A stretch of DNA of 64,000 nt from Paraphysomonas bandaiensis (taxonomy: Eukaryota > Protista > Chrysophyceae): NCBI GenBank assembly GCA_965644295.1, contig CBFFRP010000442.1:62001-126000 (forward strand), in the 5' to 3' direction. The translations under genes were made by a program, and so were the position numbers. Shown here one piece after another: positions 11,638 through 24,496 of this stretch; the first letter of the stretch is position 1; each line of letters begins with the position of its first letter. The notes under the pieces were generated by a model. The model did not search any database. It was not told where the DNA came from and saw nothing but the letters and a program-made list of their open reading frames with translations.

Positions 11638-14600
11638 CTAAACATCACGTCTACTACTTCGTATGTGCATTTCAAGTGCCGCAGGCGGTCTAGTACTGCC
11701 GAATGTAGTTCCAGATGCCGTAGCTATAGGGTTTTTCGATTGACTCAACTCAATACAACTGCGCTTTTGCTCCGAGTGTTGTGCTATCTCGTCATCAGTA
11801 CGGTCTACGTCATCATCACTATCTTCATCAGGAAATTTATCGATCCGATTTTGCATGGGCCGATCCCGTTGTGGGGGGTTGGTTGCTGCAGCTCTATTGA
11901 TTACAGGAACCTCCGGGGTTTCATTCACAGACACATAGCAAGTTAGACAGCCGACGAACACATTCACAATAACCAACACCACGCCGACAGCGTCTGGACC
12001 AAAATCTACTTCTTCGGTCATATCTACTCTCAGACACATTGATCCAAAGACAGTCAAGGCAACTGCCCACTGTGAACAGATCGCAACAAGATTGTCTGAT
12101 TTATTAGCAAATGGTCTTAACTCCATATACAGTGCACAAAATCCAAGCGATATAAGTTCCACAAGAACTATTTGAAGTATAGTGCTGCGCAAAAATAGTA
12201 TGGGCACTGAGGTCAGTAGAAGCCGTCGAAAGCATTCGATCACTTCAAAGTACCACGTTTTAGGAAGATATGACTGAAACAGAAAAGATATTCCTCTTAT
12301 TTCGGTGTACGTCTCCCGTAGTTTCATTTTCTCATCTTGAATTATTTCAGGACTCACAATACACTCCTCATCCTGCCGTACAACCAGGGAACTTGGAGGA
12401 TTAATCAGATGTAAGTCGTGATGCAAAGAATACATATAAAACAATGGAATTCCCAGCGGATATATCAATATCATAAAGGCGGAGTATATGACATAGAAGT
12501 GCCATGTGTCCGTATAGCAAGACACATTCGAATCTGCAACAAGGGTGGAAGTGCCATCTTCGAAATCCTCACACACAAACGTCTGAAAAATTTTCAGTGA
12601 CGACGGAGAAAATACAACAAAGGCCACAACAATGCAGAGAAACTTAGTGTCATCGTTAAAATTATCACGCGAATAGGCAGGGCGATGTTCGTTTAGTCGA
12701 GTTGATATTTTCATTCTCGCATGTAGTACAACAGCTAATACTCCTACTCCAACTAGCGGTCCCAGTGTATTGAGCAATAGATAATCGTAAAAGTCGAACT
12801 TCCACATGCAACCCACAGTGAATATATTCAGAAAGTCCAAATTAGCGAACGACAGAACATCTAGAAATCGACTGAAAGAAGTAGGGTACGATAACTCGAA
12901 CATCGTTGGCAAGCTACTCAGTATTTGGCAAAGCGAAACTAATATCTTGAGCTTCGTTCTCCATGAGTTCAACTCATATTTTTCGACCCAGTTCTCCAAT
13001 GATCGAGAAAAGTTGTTCATGCTATTAACGATGCGGTCTCTATTTCGATATCCATATACGGCAGAGACGATGACTATCACAATCACTACCGGTAAAACAA
13101 CTGTTATGAGTACACTAGAGTCAGAGGAGCATTGTGTACAGCTCATATCTGCAGAGAAAGCATAGCCACTTTCGCATACATTGCATAATGGCCCTGTGTG
13201 TCCCTCACGACACTGCGATACTACATCAGTCCCGCCGTTACAGGCCCCCGTGATTCGGCAAGGCAATACATCGTGGCAGTCCTGGCACTGCCGCCAGTAC
13301 TCTTCATCGACATCTATAACGTTTCCACCGGGACACTTTGCGTTTTCTGGGCAATCACGACACTGTGCATCACTTGGTCTGAAAGAATACTGCAAATGCG
13401 GACAAATAGCACATACGTCAGTCGAGAGAACTTCTCCTGGTACGCACTCACGGAAATGAAATCGAAATTTGTGATCAAATATTTCCCCTGTTTCCGTGGA
13501 TTTACATTTCGCGGAGACGTTTAATACCGTTCCTGGTCCGCAAAAAGCTTGCAGAGAGTCAAATGTCGCCACTCCTTTTTTAAGTGTTTCTGTCTTCCCC
13601 CCAGTGACATATCCCGAACCACTTATGCAACCTTTTTCAGCATTCAAATCTACTGTAATGTGCACAGTAGACGAGGAGTCCGTTTCAACAATCTGAGAGT
13701 AGTAGTCGATTTCTTGAACAGTGAACGAGTTGATAGCATCATCATAATCAGTAACTTCAACAATAGAAACGTCCATTGCCAAGTCAACCCCTTCGGTAGC
13801 ATGGAATCGCCCATAGAGGGCAGTGTTTGTATCGTCAAATGAATTGCTCACCCTCAACCCTAAGGGCTCTGACATTGATTGACGAACCCAAAACACTGTC
13901 CCAGCGCCAAACTTACATGAATTACTGCGAAACACATTCCCAGTAATATAAGATTCACAACCGTATAAAAACAATGCCGAGCCACGGGCATTTACATCAG
14001 TTGCTAAATTTCCATAAAACACGGAGGCATTTATTGACGACACAATACTCTCCAACACAACAATAGCGCCACCAAATCTCTCCACATAATTATCACTGAA
14101 TTCAGATTCTTCAACCACTAAATGATCAACTCTATCACTAAAAAGGGCTCCACCGTATAGACTAGCTGAGTTGGATAGGAACGAAGAATTCAATACGCTA
14201 CCTGATGACGTGTCCAATAAATACACCCCTCCTCCACTTGTAGTTGCGATGTTAGATAAAAATGATGAATTTGATATGATAACATCACCACCATCCTCAA
14301 TTCCTATAGCACCACCGTTTAGCTTTCTTGCAGAGTTGTTTCGAAATACCACCCCATCGATAAAAATGCTATCACTTCCCTCAATCCCAAGTCCTCCGTA
14401 GTTCACCCCCGCAACGTTGTTGCAGACAGTGCTATACAGTATAGTAACTACGGTCGCGTACATCAACATTCCACCACCCGAGTCACTAGCAAAATTATTT
14501 TCGGCACTTGTCCGATCGAATGTAATGCGTGTATTGGTTGTGCCAATATAAATTCCGCCGCCGAAGGTAGCTGTGTTGGCTATTACACTCAAATCCTCCA

Positions 14601-16252
14601 GCGTTATGTCTCGGTGATTTGTACCAAGATAGACACCTCCACCATATGTTCCAGCAATATTTCCTATTAGTGTGACACCGATGACGCGCCAGTTCGAAGT
14701 TTCCAGGGCGGAGTAGATAGCGCCACCAGAAATACCAGCAGTGTTATGAGAAAATGTGACATCAACGAAATCTATGTTACTATTCGCATTAATAAAACCT
14801 AAAGCACCACCATTTGATCCCGCTGAGTTGTTATAAAATACAGTATTGATAATATCAATACCGTAGTTAATCGATACAATATACACCCCCCCACCCTCGA
14901 GTGTAGCACGATTGTTGATAAAACTGCAATTGCGGAGAAGTGTTACCTCATGACTGGAGTACAACGTTACACCCGCGCCTGCATACATCCACACAGTCAA
15001 ATTCGTAAAGTACAGATTCTTAATAAAATCATGGATATAATGTGCAATAACTACTACCAGAACGCTCACCGTAAGAAGCTGAGTTATCATAGAAAGTGCA
15101 ATTTATAAACTGGAGGTTTGTATTATCACTATCAGAATTGTAGCTTCCGCCTACCGTAAATGATACAGATTGGTCTGTGACATCAAAAGAGGAAGAAAAC
15201 ACTACTCACCATATATAGCGGAATTCTTTGTGAATATTACACCCTTGACTATTGTGTTGAAGTTGCTAGAGTATGAATATATACCACCACCTAACGCAGT
15301 CGAGAAAAAATCAAATATTCGTCTAAATAGTATCACCACCTCATAACAGATATGATAACTCACCATAAAATTTTAAAGCTGAATTGCTATCAAACTCAGA
15401 ATCGAATACATGCACGTCCAGGTTACCGTTGTACATCATCATACCACCACCAAATTCTGCAGTGTTATTCCAGAAGCTAGCTCGTTCAATATCAACATCA
15501 ATGTTGTTTAAGTGCAGGTACATGGCCCCACCTCGAGTTGCATAATTTGAATGAAACACACAGTCGACAATATCAATGCCCTGGTTACTTGTGTCGAATG
15601 CAATAGCCCCGCCAGAATCAGCCACATTGCCAGTGAATAGACAAGACGAGAGTGACACATTGGCACTGCTATCCACATACACCGCACCACCCTGAAAGCC
15701 AGTGCAGTTGACAAACGACACATTCTCAAGAGAGAATAAGTCGAGATTACCTACCGAGATAGCACCCCCAGACAACTCTAGCGACCCGAAATCCGACACA
15801 CTAAAGTTCTGTCCATAGAAGCGGAACACAGTTGCAACGGAGTTCGTAACACTGAATAATCTGAAGGACGGGGTTGGCGACAGAGGTCGGATGAGGCTGT
15901 TGTTACCGAAGAGAAAGAGAGACCCCTGATAATCGGACATGACCACTTCCCCTCGATCAGGATCGAGAACGACCTCCTCATTATGCGGCAGAGACACTCG
16001 GCACACATCATTCGACGAGAGAAGAGCCGTACCACACGCTGATAATGCAGACCGTATATTGCATGATCCAGATGAGGAGGAGGAGAGGGAGAGAGAGGGG
16101 GTGGAGGTGGGAGAGGGGGAAGGAGAGGAGAGACAGGCGTCTACATCCACATCACTGTCATCAGACACATCATCCACCTCTATGAGCACATCAACACAAC
16201 CCACCCACATACACACACCCAACAACACACCCACCCACACATACACTCGCAT
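11638..16252 (-). CDS. Large membrane protein: signal peptide, parallel beta-helix (PMP-like GGA[IVL]/FxxN repeats), Cys-rich repeats, multi-TM C-terminus
   Basis: Repeated FxxNxAxxxGGA/G motifs in ORFs 15341..16759 and 11638..15090; CxxC repeats (CREGHTGPLCNVC); many hydrophobic helices; introns near 15000-15360. Confidence 0.8.
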
Positions 16253-16355
16253 TGCACTCACTTCACTCTTCTGGAAGACATAATGCCACCTCAACCAGAA
16301 AACACCACCAGCATACACGGAGCGATCTATCCAACCCCTGCCGAATACTACTGCT

Positions 16356-16731
16356 GTATGTATGTATGTATGTATGTATGTATGTATGTATGTATGTATG
16401 TATGTATGTATGTATGTATGTATGTATGTATGTATGTATGTATGTATGTATGTATGTATGTATGTATGTATGTATGTATGTAGGTATGTATGTATGTGTG
16501 TATGTATGTATGTATGTATGTATGTATGTATGTATGTATGTATGTATGTATGTATGTATGTATGTATGTATGTATGTATGTATGTATGTATGTATGTATG
16601 TATGTATGTATGTATGTATGTATGTATGTATGTGTGTATGTATGTATGTATGTATGTATGTATGTATGTATGTATGTATGTATGTATGTATGTATGTATG
16701 TATGTATGTATGTATGTATGTATGTGTGTAT
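16356..16731. repeat. (TATG)n microsatellite between divergent genes
   Basis: ~370-bp near-pure array starting CTGCTGTATG. Confidence 0.97.
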
Positions 16732-16787
16732 AGGGGGGTGTTCGTAAGATTTCTCTCATATGTACAGTATATCAGATAGCGGTTCAT

Positions 16788-17619
16788 ATGATCGTGTTTC
16801 TCTCTGTGTTGTTATCTTGTGGTTTGGTGTGTGGTCTTAACTCTACTGAGAGTGGTTTGCGAGGTGTGTTTGTTGTTGTTGTTGTGTAGTTGTGTTATGT
16901 GTATATGTGTGTGTAGGGGTCGACTACAGTGAGCTCGTGTCCATCGACTCGCACTCATGTCTCCTTCAGAATGGTTATTCGTTCGTTATCCCTAGAGGTT
17001 ATCGCAGTATCGGGGAACTAGATGAGAACGTGTGTCAGAATCTTATTAATGCGCAGTCGGCTGGATTCGATACTCGTGAGGTGTATATCTTTCCGTGTCC
17101 CACGTGCTCCTCCTCTGCACAGACTCAGATGGATACATTGGTTTCTCACTTGAAAACCACATGCCCTGATGCATGGACTGGCAGGGTGAGTTAGCTCGAG
17201 TTTATATCGTTTCTTTTGCACTTCCGCTGCAATTTGATTCTGTTTTAACGTTTCTTCAGATCTGGCTTGACATTGAAGGGGCAGAGTACTGGACCGGTTC
17301 TTACTCCTCTAATCAAGCATTTTATGAGTCTCTTGTTGATGCTTGTCTGTCCACAGGATACCGCTGCGGGGTCTACTCTTCTCAGTATCAATGGTCATCC
17401 CTTTTTGGGTCTACTTCTTACTGCTATGGGGACAACTCTAAAGGCGACTTTCCGGTTTGGTATTCTCACTACGACTATGATCCTTCTTTCGACGATTACT
17501 ATTCGAAGTACTCGTTTGGCTGTTGGTTGGACTTTTCCTTGAACCCACTTGCCAAGCAGTACTCTGGAACTACATCTGTATGCAGTGCCAGTGTGGATCT
17601 TAACAGTGCACTTATGTGA
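16788..17619 (+). CDS. Secreted GH25-like (protist/nematode-type) lysozyme; 3 exons
   Basis: Signal peptide exon 16788-16863; GVDYS, FVIPRGYRSIG, YIFPC, IWLDIEG, GVYSSQYQW, VWYSHYD, AKQY motifs. Confidence 0.8.
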
Positions 17620-18318
17620 GGCATGCATTACTTGCTTGGATTCAACTAATTTCCCCGATAATGTATGTTTATATAAGGCGCTTAAATGATGTATTCCGTA
17701 TCCTTTGTTAACTAATAGGTGACTCTACACTGTACACCTCTTAAATATTGAGATGTATGAATTGCAATGCGTATAATAAGATACTGGAGATATAATACTT
17801 ATAGAGGTTGCGTTTTCATCTGGATACGTTAAACCTTGCCTTAGAAAATCCAATTAGTTCGTTAATATTTGACGTTTTTAAATATTTTATTTGCGATGTT
17901 GTAAATATGTTCGGAAAATCCCAAACGTCCGAACCTTAATGTTTCCCACTTGAATTTCAGATTGTTATTTCCATAGTATCTACGTATCTACAAATAATAT
18001 AAGCATCCATTTTATAATTTATACATTACACGAGGATTTGTATGCAGTTTAATATCGTTGTCAGCCGTATTCATAGTGAAAAATATATAAACAATAGCAA
18101 CGATCACAGAAGAAAAGCTGTTTTAAGGCACAGCTGTGCTGCAACGTTTCTTGCTTTATTTACGACGTTCCATATATGGTCGACTGGCCGACACCTCAAC
18201 AAGAGTAGCAAGGACACAAAATTATTCACATCAGGCTCTCTCACTTTAGCCAAGCTGTGGCTATTAAAAAGATACACAGTGCACCAACCCATGAGTCTTA
18301 CTCGGCTAAGTAAAATCG

Positions 18319-20958
18319 TTACCACTTCCTATACTCCCTGATTGCCTGCATTAGCTCCTGTTCCTCCAAGTCCTCATACATTCCATTCTCCAAATGGGCT
18401 TTCCATAGAGCCATTGGTTCATCTGCCGTCGCGGGAAGATATGCAACAATCATGCCAACAACGGTACCATTGGTTTGATTTTCAAAACTTCCTTCGTCGT
18501 GTAGCACCGGAACAGCGACGGCTTCTCCTATTCTACTCTCACTAGAGACTGCACTGCTGCTATCATTGTTCTTAACACTTAGCTTGTCACATAAAGAGTA
18601 CTTCTCAAAAATATCACATGAACAAGACAAAATAGTAATCCACTGCTCGCCTTCCGTTCCACCCGATTCCAAGTTATGAAGGATGCGTGTTGGGTCACTC
18701 TCAACGCAATTCGACTCACAGCGTTGTTTATACGACCCCAAAGTACTGCCTTCCCAACGATCCACCCATGTAAACGATGATCTAAAGCTGTGACTAAGAT
18801 TGCATATACCCTTTACAGGGCCGATAGGAACAGAACCTTCGGTTTCACTGAAGTTCCTTGAAACGCCATTATCAGGCGCAGAGTGGCTATTGGGGCGACG
18901 TGGTATCTTCTCTTCCATGAAATTGCATAGATCAGAAGCACTATTGCGCCATAAGGACATATCGCGCGGTCGATTCAGGCATACACCATCTAACACAGTA
19001 AATACATCCTCCTTTGATAAACCCGCATCAGAACTAACTAATAAATCGATAATAGAATCCCAAAAGTGATTTGATATAAATGCACGACAGGATTCTATCC
19101 AGTAGTAAATATGACTTAATGACACAAAATACATAGCGTCCGATTTGGAAGTTCTGAGGTGGTCTTTACCTAGATGACTCTTTAAGATTTCCAAGAGGGC
19201 AACACCCTGTGTGAGACTAATTTCGCCGTCGGCATACTGTGTGGGCGGAAGCTGTGTATCTGCAAGCACATCTATCAATGACATGGCCATAGCATCATCA
19301 TTATTTTCAGTTGATGAAGTTTCTAAGGCTTCCGTACCAATAAAAGTCGCAATAAGTGCTTTTCGAATTAAGCGATTAGGGAGTAAACTACTGAGAAAGA
19401 CCTGACACTGATCAGTAGAGGGCATTGCAAACACTGAACTTTCAGGATCACGAATCCGCCCGTCGCACGGTTTACTACTCTCCAGCACAACGTCAGTTCC
19501 TGCAATACTTGTCTCGCTACTATCATTGTTATCTCGTTTGCGTTTCTTGCTCTGTGAAAGCTGTTTCTTAAGCTCTTTCTCTTCCTGCTGCTCCTGCTGC
19601 TGTCGAAGATTTTCTTGTGCCTTTCTAGATAATCCACGACCCCGTACTCCTTCTCCATCTCCGCAACCATCCTGCTCTCATAGATATAAGAATACGTAAG
19701 ACCTAGCATGTAATAGTGTAGAGTGTAAATATTTTACGACAGCACATCCACATCTTGAACACACAGCATAGCGGTGTACAGCATGTACCATAATAAGATA
19801 CCAACTTGACGAATACGATTTAGTGTATAACAACACGACTGCAACACTAGAATAGCACACACATCAATGTATGCAGACATAATACTCCATATACAATACT
19901 GTATCAATAAACATAGTTACCTCAGTAAGCCAAGACCAATCTTTATCGGGTAAAAGCAGTTGGAGCGCCCCCGGAATGTGAGGACCATATAAATGAACTA
20001 ACGACCAGAACACACGAGGTGAGCAGCCCGCCATGGCCGACGGGCGCAATAAATCCCTATTTGTACTCCCAGTAGTACTTGAACTGGGTGATTTCATTTC
20101 GTCTTCGAGGCTGTCAGTAGCCGTATCGTTTTCCATGTCTCCAGCAAGAATCAAAGTCACAACTGCTCTCAGTTTGTTGGTATCCAGATAGTCCACAGTC
20201 TCAGTGTGGTAACTACGACTACCTATGCCCTTATGAAATTTTACAAGGAGCTGAGTGCTTTCACCGCTCAACTTACGAGCAAGTTGAGACTTCTCAATAG
20301 AATACTTTCCAGATAACAAACTTGCTACTCTTGCTCGTGCTCTAGTTGCATCGTACTCCAAGGAAACAGCCCGCTTAAACACAGATCTCAAAAACGCATT
20401 CTTTTTGCCGCTACCTCCTTCAACTGCTGCTAACAAATTGGTGCCAATATCTTCTTCCGAACTCATCTCAAAGCGCGTGCGTCGTTTGGTATTGTTAGCA
20501 GGAGAAGAATTCGACTTTACGGGGCTCACTGTGTTCTTTTTAGCAGGTGATGTCCCAACTTTAGACTTCTTAGCCGTCTTAAGTACTTTCCCTCCTAGTG
20601 AATGTATATTCGAACCAAAAGGTACACTCTGCTTCGTCTTACTCGACTGAGAGGCGGGTGACGACCCTCTCTTCGGTCGTGTTTTAGGTTTGTCAGATGG
20701 TAGAGCTGCAGAGGGAGTGGAGGGGCTCTGCACTGTCACACGAACACCAAGAGTGTCTCCATTCTTTATATGGTTCTCTATGCGGTCCTCGAGACTGCAT
20801 GTGAGGGGCTGCAGAGGGTACCCGGACAGAATATCAAACGAGCGGTCGCTTATGCCGCACCTGACACCGATGAGATCCTTGAGAGCCCCCACACTATCAT
20901 CACCACTACAAGATATAGTGGCACTGCCTGAGGGAGTTCGGACACGAACATTTATCAT
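18319..20958 (-). CDS. Hypothetical protein with N-terminal ubiquitin-like domain; 2 exons
   Basis: INVRVRTPSG...ILSGYP...IKNGDTL is UBL-like; intron ~19920-19673 joins WSWLTE to DGCGDG...LSRKAQENLRQ, continuous with ORF 18319..19488. Confidence 0.65.
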
Positions 20959-21074
20959 TGTGACCCCTATGCGACGAAACGATAACGCCCACTAGAGCTG
21001 TGGCTTCCTTCCTTGAAATGATGACCAGGCCAGACTATCCTGGTGCGTGTACCTCTACACCCATACAGACCTAC

Positions 21075-21191
21075 GTACGTACGTACTGCTGTATGCATGT
21101 ATGTATGTATGTATGCATGTATGTATGTTTGTATGTATGTATGTATGTATGTATGTTTGTATGTACTTATGTACTTATGTATGTATGTACT

Positions 21192-21225
<34 letters not shown>

Positions 21226-21235
21226 TGTACTCTGT
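21075..21235. repeat. Degenerate (TATG)n microsatellite between divergent genes
   Basis: Tetranucleotide array with variants, preceded by CTGCTGTATG. Confidence 0.9.
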
Positions 21236-21325
21236 GTGTGTAGGTAGGTACTGCTGTAGGTAGGTACACTGGGAGTGGGTTGATGTTGTTCTGAGGATCT
21301 TAAGATCGGATGCCGTCTTCATATC

Positions 21326-22254
21326 ATGCGAGCTGTTCACAAAGCTTTGTTTTCATTGTGTGTGTTGCTCTTCAGCTGCGTGTCAGTGCAGTTGCTGTGT
21401 CTTCCTCTGTACGAGTATGTGTATGGCTGTGTGTATGCGTACAGGGGCTCGCTGGTCTCTCTGGTGTTGAGATGTACGGGCTACGACCTGCTGTCCGAGC
21501 ACACGCTTAACATGTGGGTTGTGTGTGCGTTCTGCGGCTACATGTGTATGGGCGTGGTGTGTCTGCTGCTGGATGTGTGTCTGCCGGTGCAGTGGAAGGC
21601 TCAGGGCCGCAGGAGCTACTTCACTGTCAGGGAGTGGCTGGAGGCTCTGGGGGTGTCTCTCTTCAATCTATTTGTCACGAGCTGGACGGTATCTATTCCA
21701 TACACGTGGATGTGGAAGTATGACGATCATATGATAAAGCAGTCTGATCCGCTAAATATATACGTAGAAGCGCTCAAATTTGCTGGTTGTGTGGTTGTAA
21801 TCGAAGTGTGGTTCTATGTCACACACTATGCTCTTCACACACCGGTGTTGTATGCTCGCATTCATAAGATGCATCATCGTTTCAAAGCCCCAGTGGCTGT
21901 GGCAAGCATGTACGCCCATCCTGTCGAGTACGCAGTGGGGAACCTCATGGGTGTTATTCTGGGACCAATATTAACCAATTGCCACCCGATGACCTCCTAT
22001 GTCTGGATATTTAATTCACTCATGACTACTGGTGGTAGTCACAGTGGGCACAAGCTATTTGATGCGGAGTTCCATGATGCTCACCACCAATACTTCGACT
22101 ACAACTATGGCATCAGTAAGTATATGTGTACGGTAACATGTTTGATGTTAAACTATTCTTCCCAGGCGGTGTGACAGATTTTGTGTTTAATACTTTATGG
22201 GAAGGCAGCAACAAATGGAAGCAGCTACAAATGAAGAAACACAAACTACTCTAG
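21326..22254 (+). CDS. Fatty acid hydroxylase / sterol desaturase superfamily protein; 2 exons
   Basis: His boxes HYALH, HKMHH, HDAHH, plus YAHPVE and NYG; intron ~22116-22165 leads to SGVTDFVFNT... Confidence 0.88.
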
Positions 22255-22596
22255 ATATTGTCTATATGTGGTCTGATGAATTTATATAACATATTTTTCA
22301 ACAATTGTATATGTTGCTCTATGTTTTGTAACAGCTCTAATTAAAGAGAAATCCCTCATAATGTATACAGTTGGTAAACTTTCAATTGAGTTAATCCTAT
22401 TATACTCTGATAATTTACACACAGAAAATGTATCGTGAAGATACGAAAATAGACACTGTTTCATCTCACCTAGATACACAGTTTCTTCACATGATGTCCC
22501 TAGAAGTACGAATATATTGGGTTACTTCTATATATAGTACCAGCCATAGCTTTTTCTCCATATATAGTATTCCATAAGCACATATATACTACCTAC

Positions 22597-23360
22597 CAGG
22601 GCTAGGGAACAATATATTGCAATACTATTGTTAGATAACGTCTCACCAATAATATTGATGGATTTTTTAAACTGGTCCAACAATACTATTGCAATATATT
22701 AGTATCATTATTCATTTAATAAACACATGCGTAGATTCCATAATAATTAATAAGTACCCGTCATTAAGTTCACATATTAACCAAACCCACTACGCTGCCA
22801 AGCGAAGACTACCTACTGTTTAGTTAAAATGACAACTGTCCTCGTACGCCTCGTACACATTATCGGAGCCATCATCGGTGACATCATCATCGCCACATCC
22901 ATTCAAAATTAATTGAAATATGCATGCATCCGGCCACAAGTGTCGATTAGCTTTCAGAAACAGCATCATATATATTAAGTGTAGTAGGATGCATACTTTT
23001 GCGCAACACTGAGATAATAAGTTTAGCTGCAATAAACAGGCATTCACATGTTTTGGAAGTACATAATGGAAGAGTATGTTTGAGCTGGCGATACATAAAA
23101 ACTAGAAAAGAACATCAAAAGTAATCTTTTTACCTATTTTTAGGGATATTTATTATATATGGCCATGGACGTATATTTTGCACCCTACAGTTGAAAAGCT
23201 TTCTGTATATTATGACTATGGTATCATAATATTGATTGCACTAGTTGCAATAGTATTGTGAGCTATTTTAACGGAAACAATACTGATGGTATACTGTATA
23301 TTGTATATTTGGCCGGTCCACCAACCAATATATTTTACAATATATTGTTCCCTATCCATG
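22597..23360. mobile_element. Non-autonomous hAT-type TIR element
   Basis: TIRs CAGGGCTAGGGAACAATATATTG / CAATATATTGTTCCCTATCCATG; 8-bp TSD CTACCTAC/CTACATAC. Confidence 0.8.
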
Positions 23361-23398
23361 CTACATACTGACCCCATGGGACATGAGAAATCACCCAC

Positions 23399-24017
23399 GT
23401 CCGCGCGACCGCGTCCAAAACATAGACAGAAATGGAAACGCCCAAGGGTGCTCAGATTACTAGGAATCCACAGACGAACCGAGACTGGAACACCGCCCAC
23501 CGCACATATGAACCCCACCAATCATACGCATAGGAAAATAGCACCGGACCGTATGAAACCATCAGTCCCTAGACAGCGGCGACGCCGTCTCCGGCAACTC
23601 CACCTATGCCTGACGCCCAGACGGTGCACGGCGACACCGCCACATTCCACCACACCGTCAACCTCTCAGCACACACATCTAATGCTCGGTACACTCATGA
23701 CCTTAATACAGAACCCTGTACCTCAGAGTCTGGCGGATCCTTATCCCAAGGGGAGACCCCCGGACAACTCGCGCCAGTGAGTCCTAAGACACACGAGCAG
23801 GGCGAAACTTACACACAACATTAAGAACGGAAGTGGTTGCATCTTGGTGCTTGCGGCGACGCACAAGCAGCTTCTGTAGCGCTAAATAGTAGGATAATAG
23901 AATTTGTGCTGATTAGTTATGGGTAGAGGTCTAACTAGTAGATCTAGCATTCAACTAGCCACTATATTGGAACGAGTTTTTAACGCCTATTGCTAAATAA
24001 CAAGACTTTCAATATAT
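23399..24017 (+). mobile_element. 5'-truncated copy of the RNase H LINE family
   Basis: Homologous to the reverse complement of ~2060-2660; 10-bp TSD AATCACCCAC at 23389-23398 and 24018-24027. Confidence 0.85.
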
Positions 24018-24496
24018 AATCACCCACATATGAAATCATATATTGATCAAAACGAAAACGTGTACATTGTACATCACACATACCAAACCCTTCGACGTCC
24101 GACTGCACTGTCATAGTAGGCGTTCTGTCTACAGTTGAAGATCGATTGTGATATTATACTTACATTTAGTAAATACAATTACTTCTTGATAACTGCACAT
24201 GCACCATTTGTATATTTGTATTATGCACATCTCTCGTCGCGTAAATACACTGCTGAATGCTGCAAATTGCAAATTGAGCGAAAAGCATAAATAAATATTA
24301 ATCGCGCTTTGGAGAATGTAATTAATCATAGTATTTTTCCTCTACTCAATTTTTCCACCCTAACCCTAGATTAAAAAATTAACATTACGGTGTCTAAACT
24401 AACTGCTCATGTCCATGAACCACAAATAAACGCATATTCTACTCTACATAGTTGCTGTATATTAAGTATAGATTCACACGAATAAATGCACACTGC

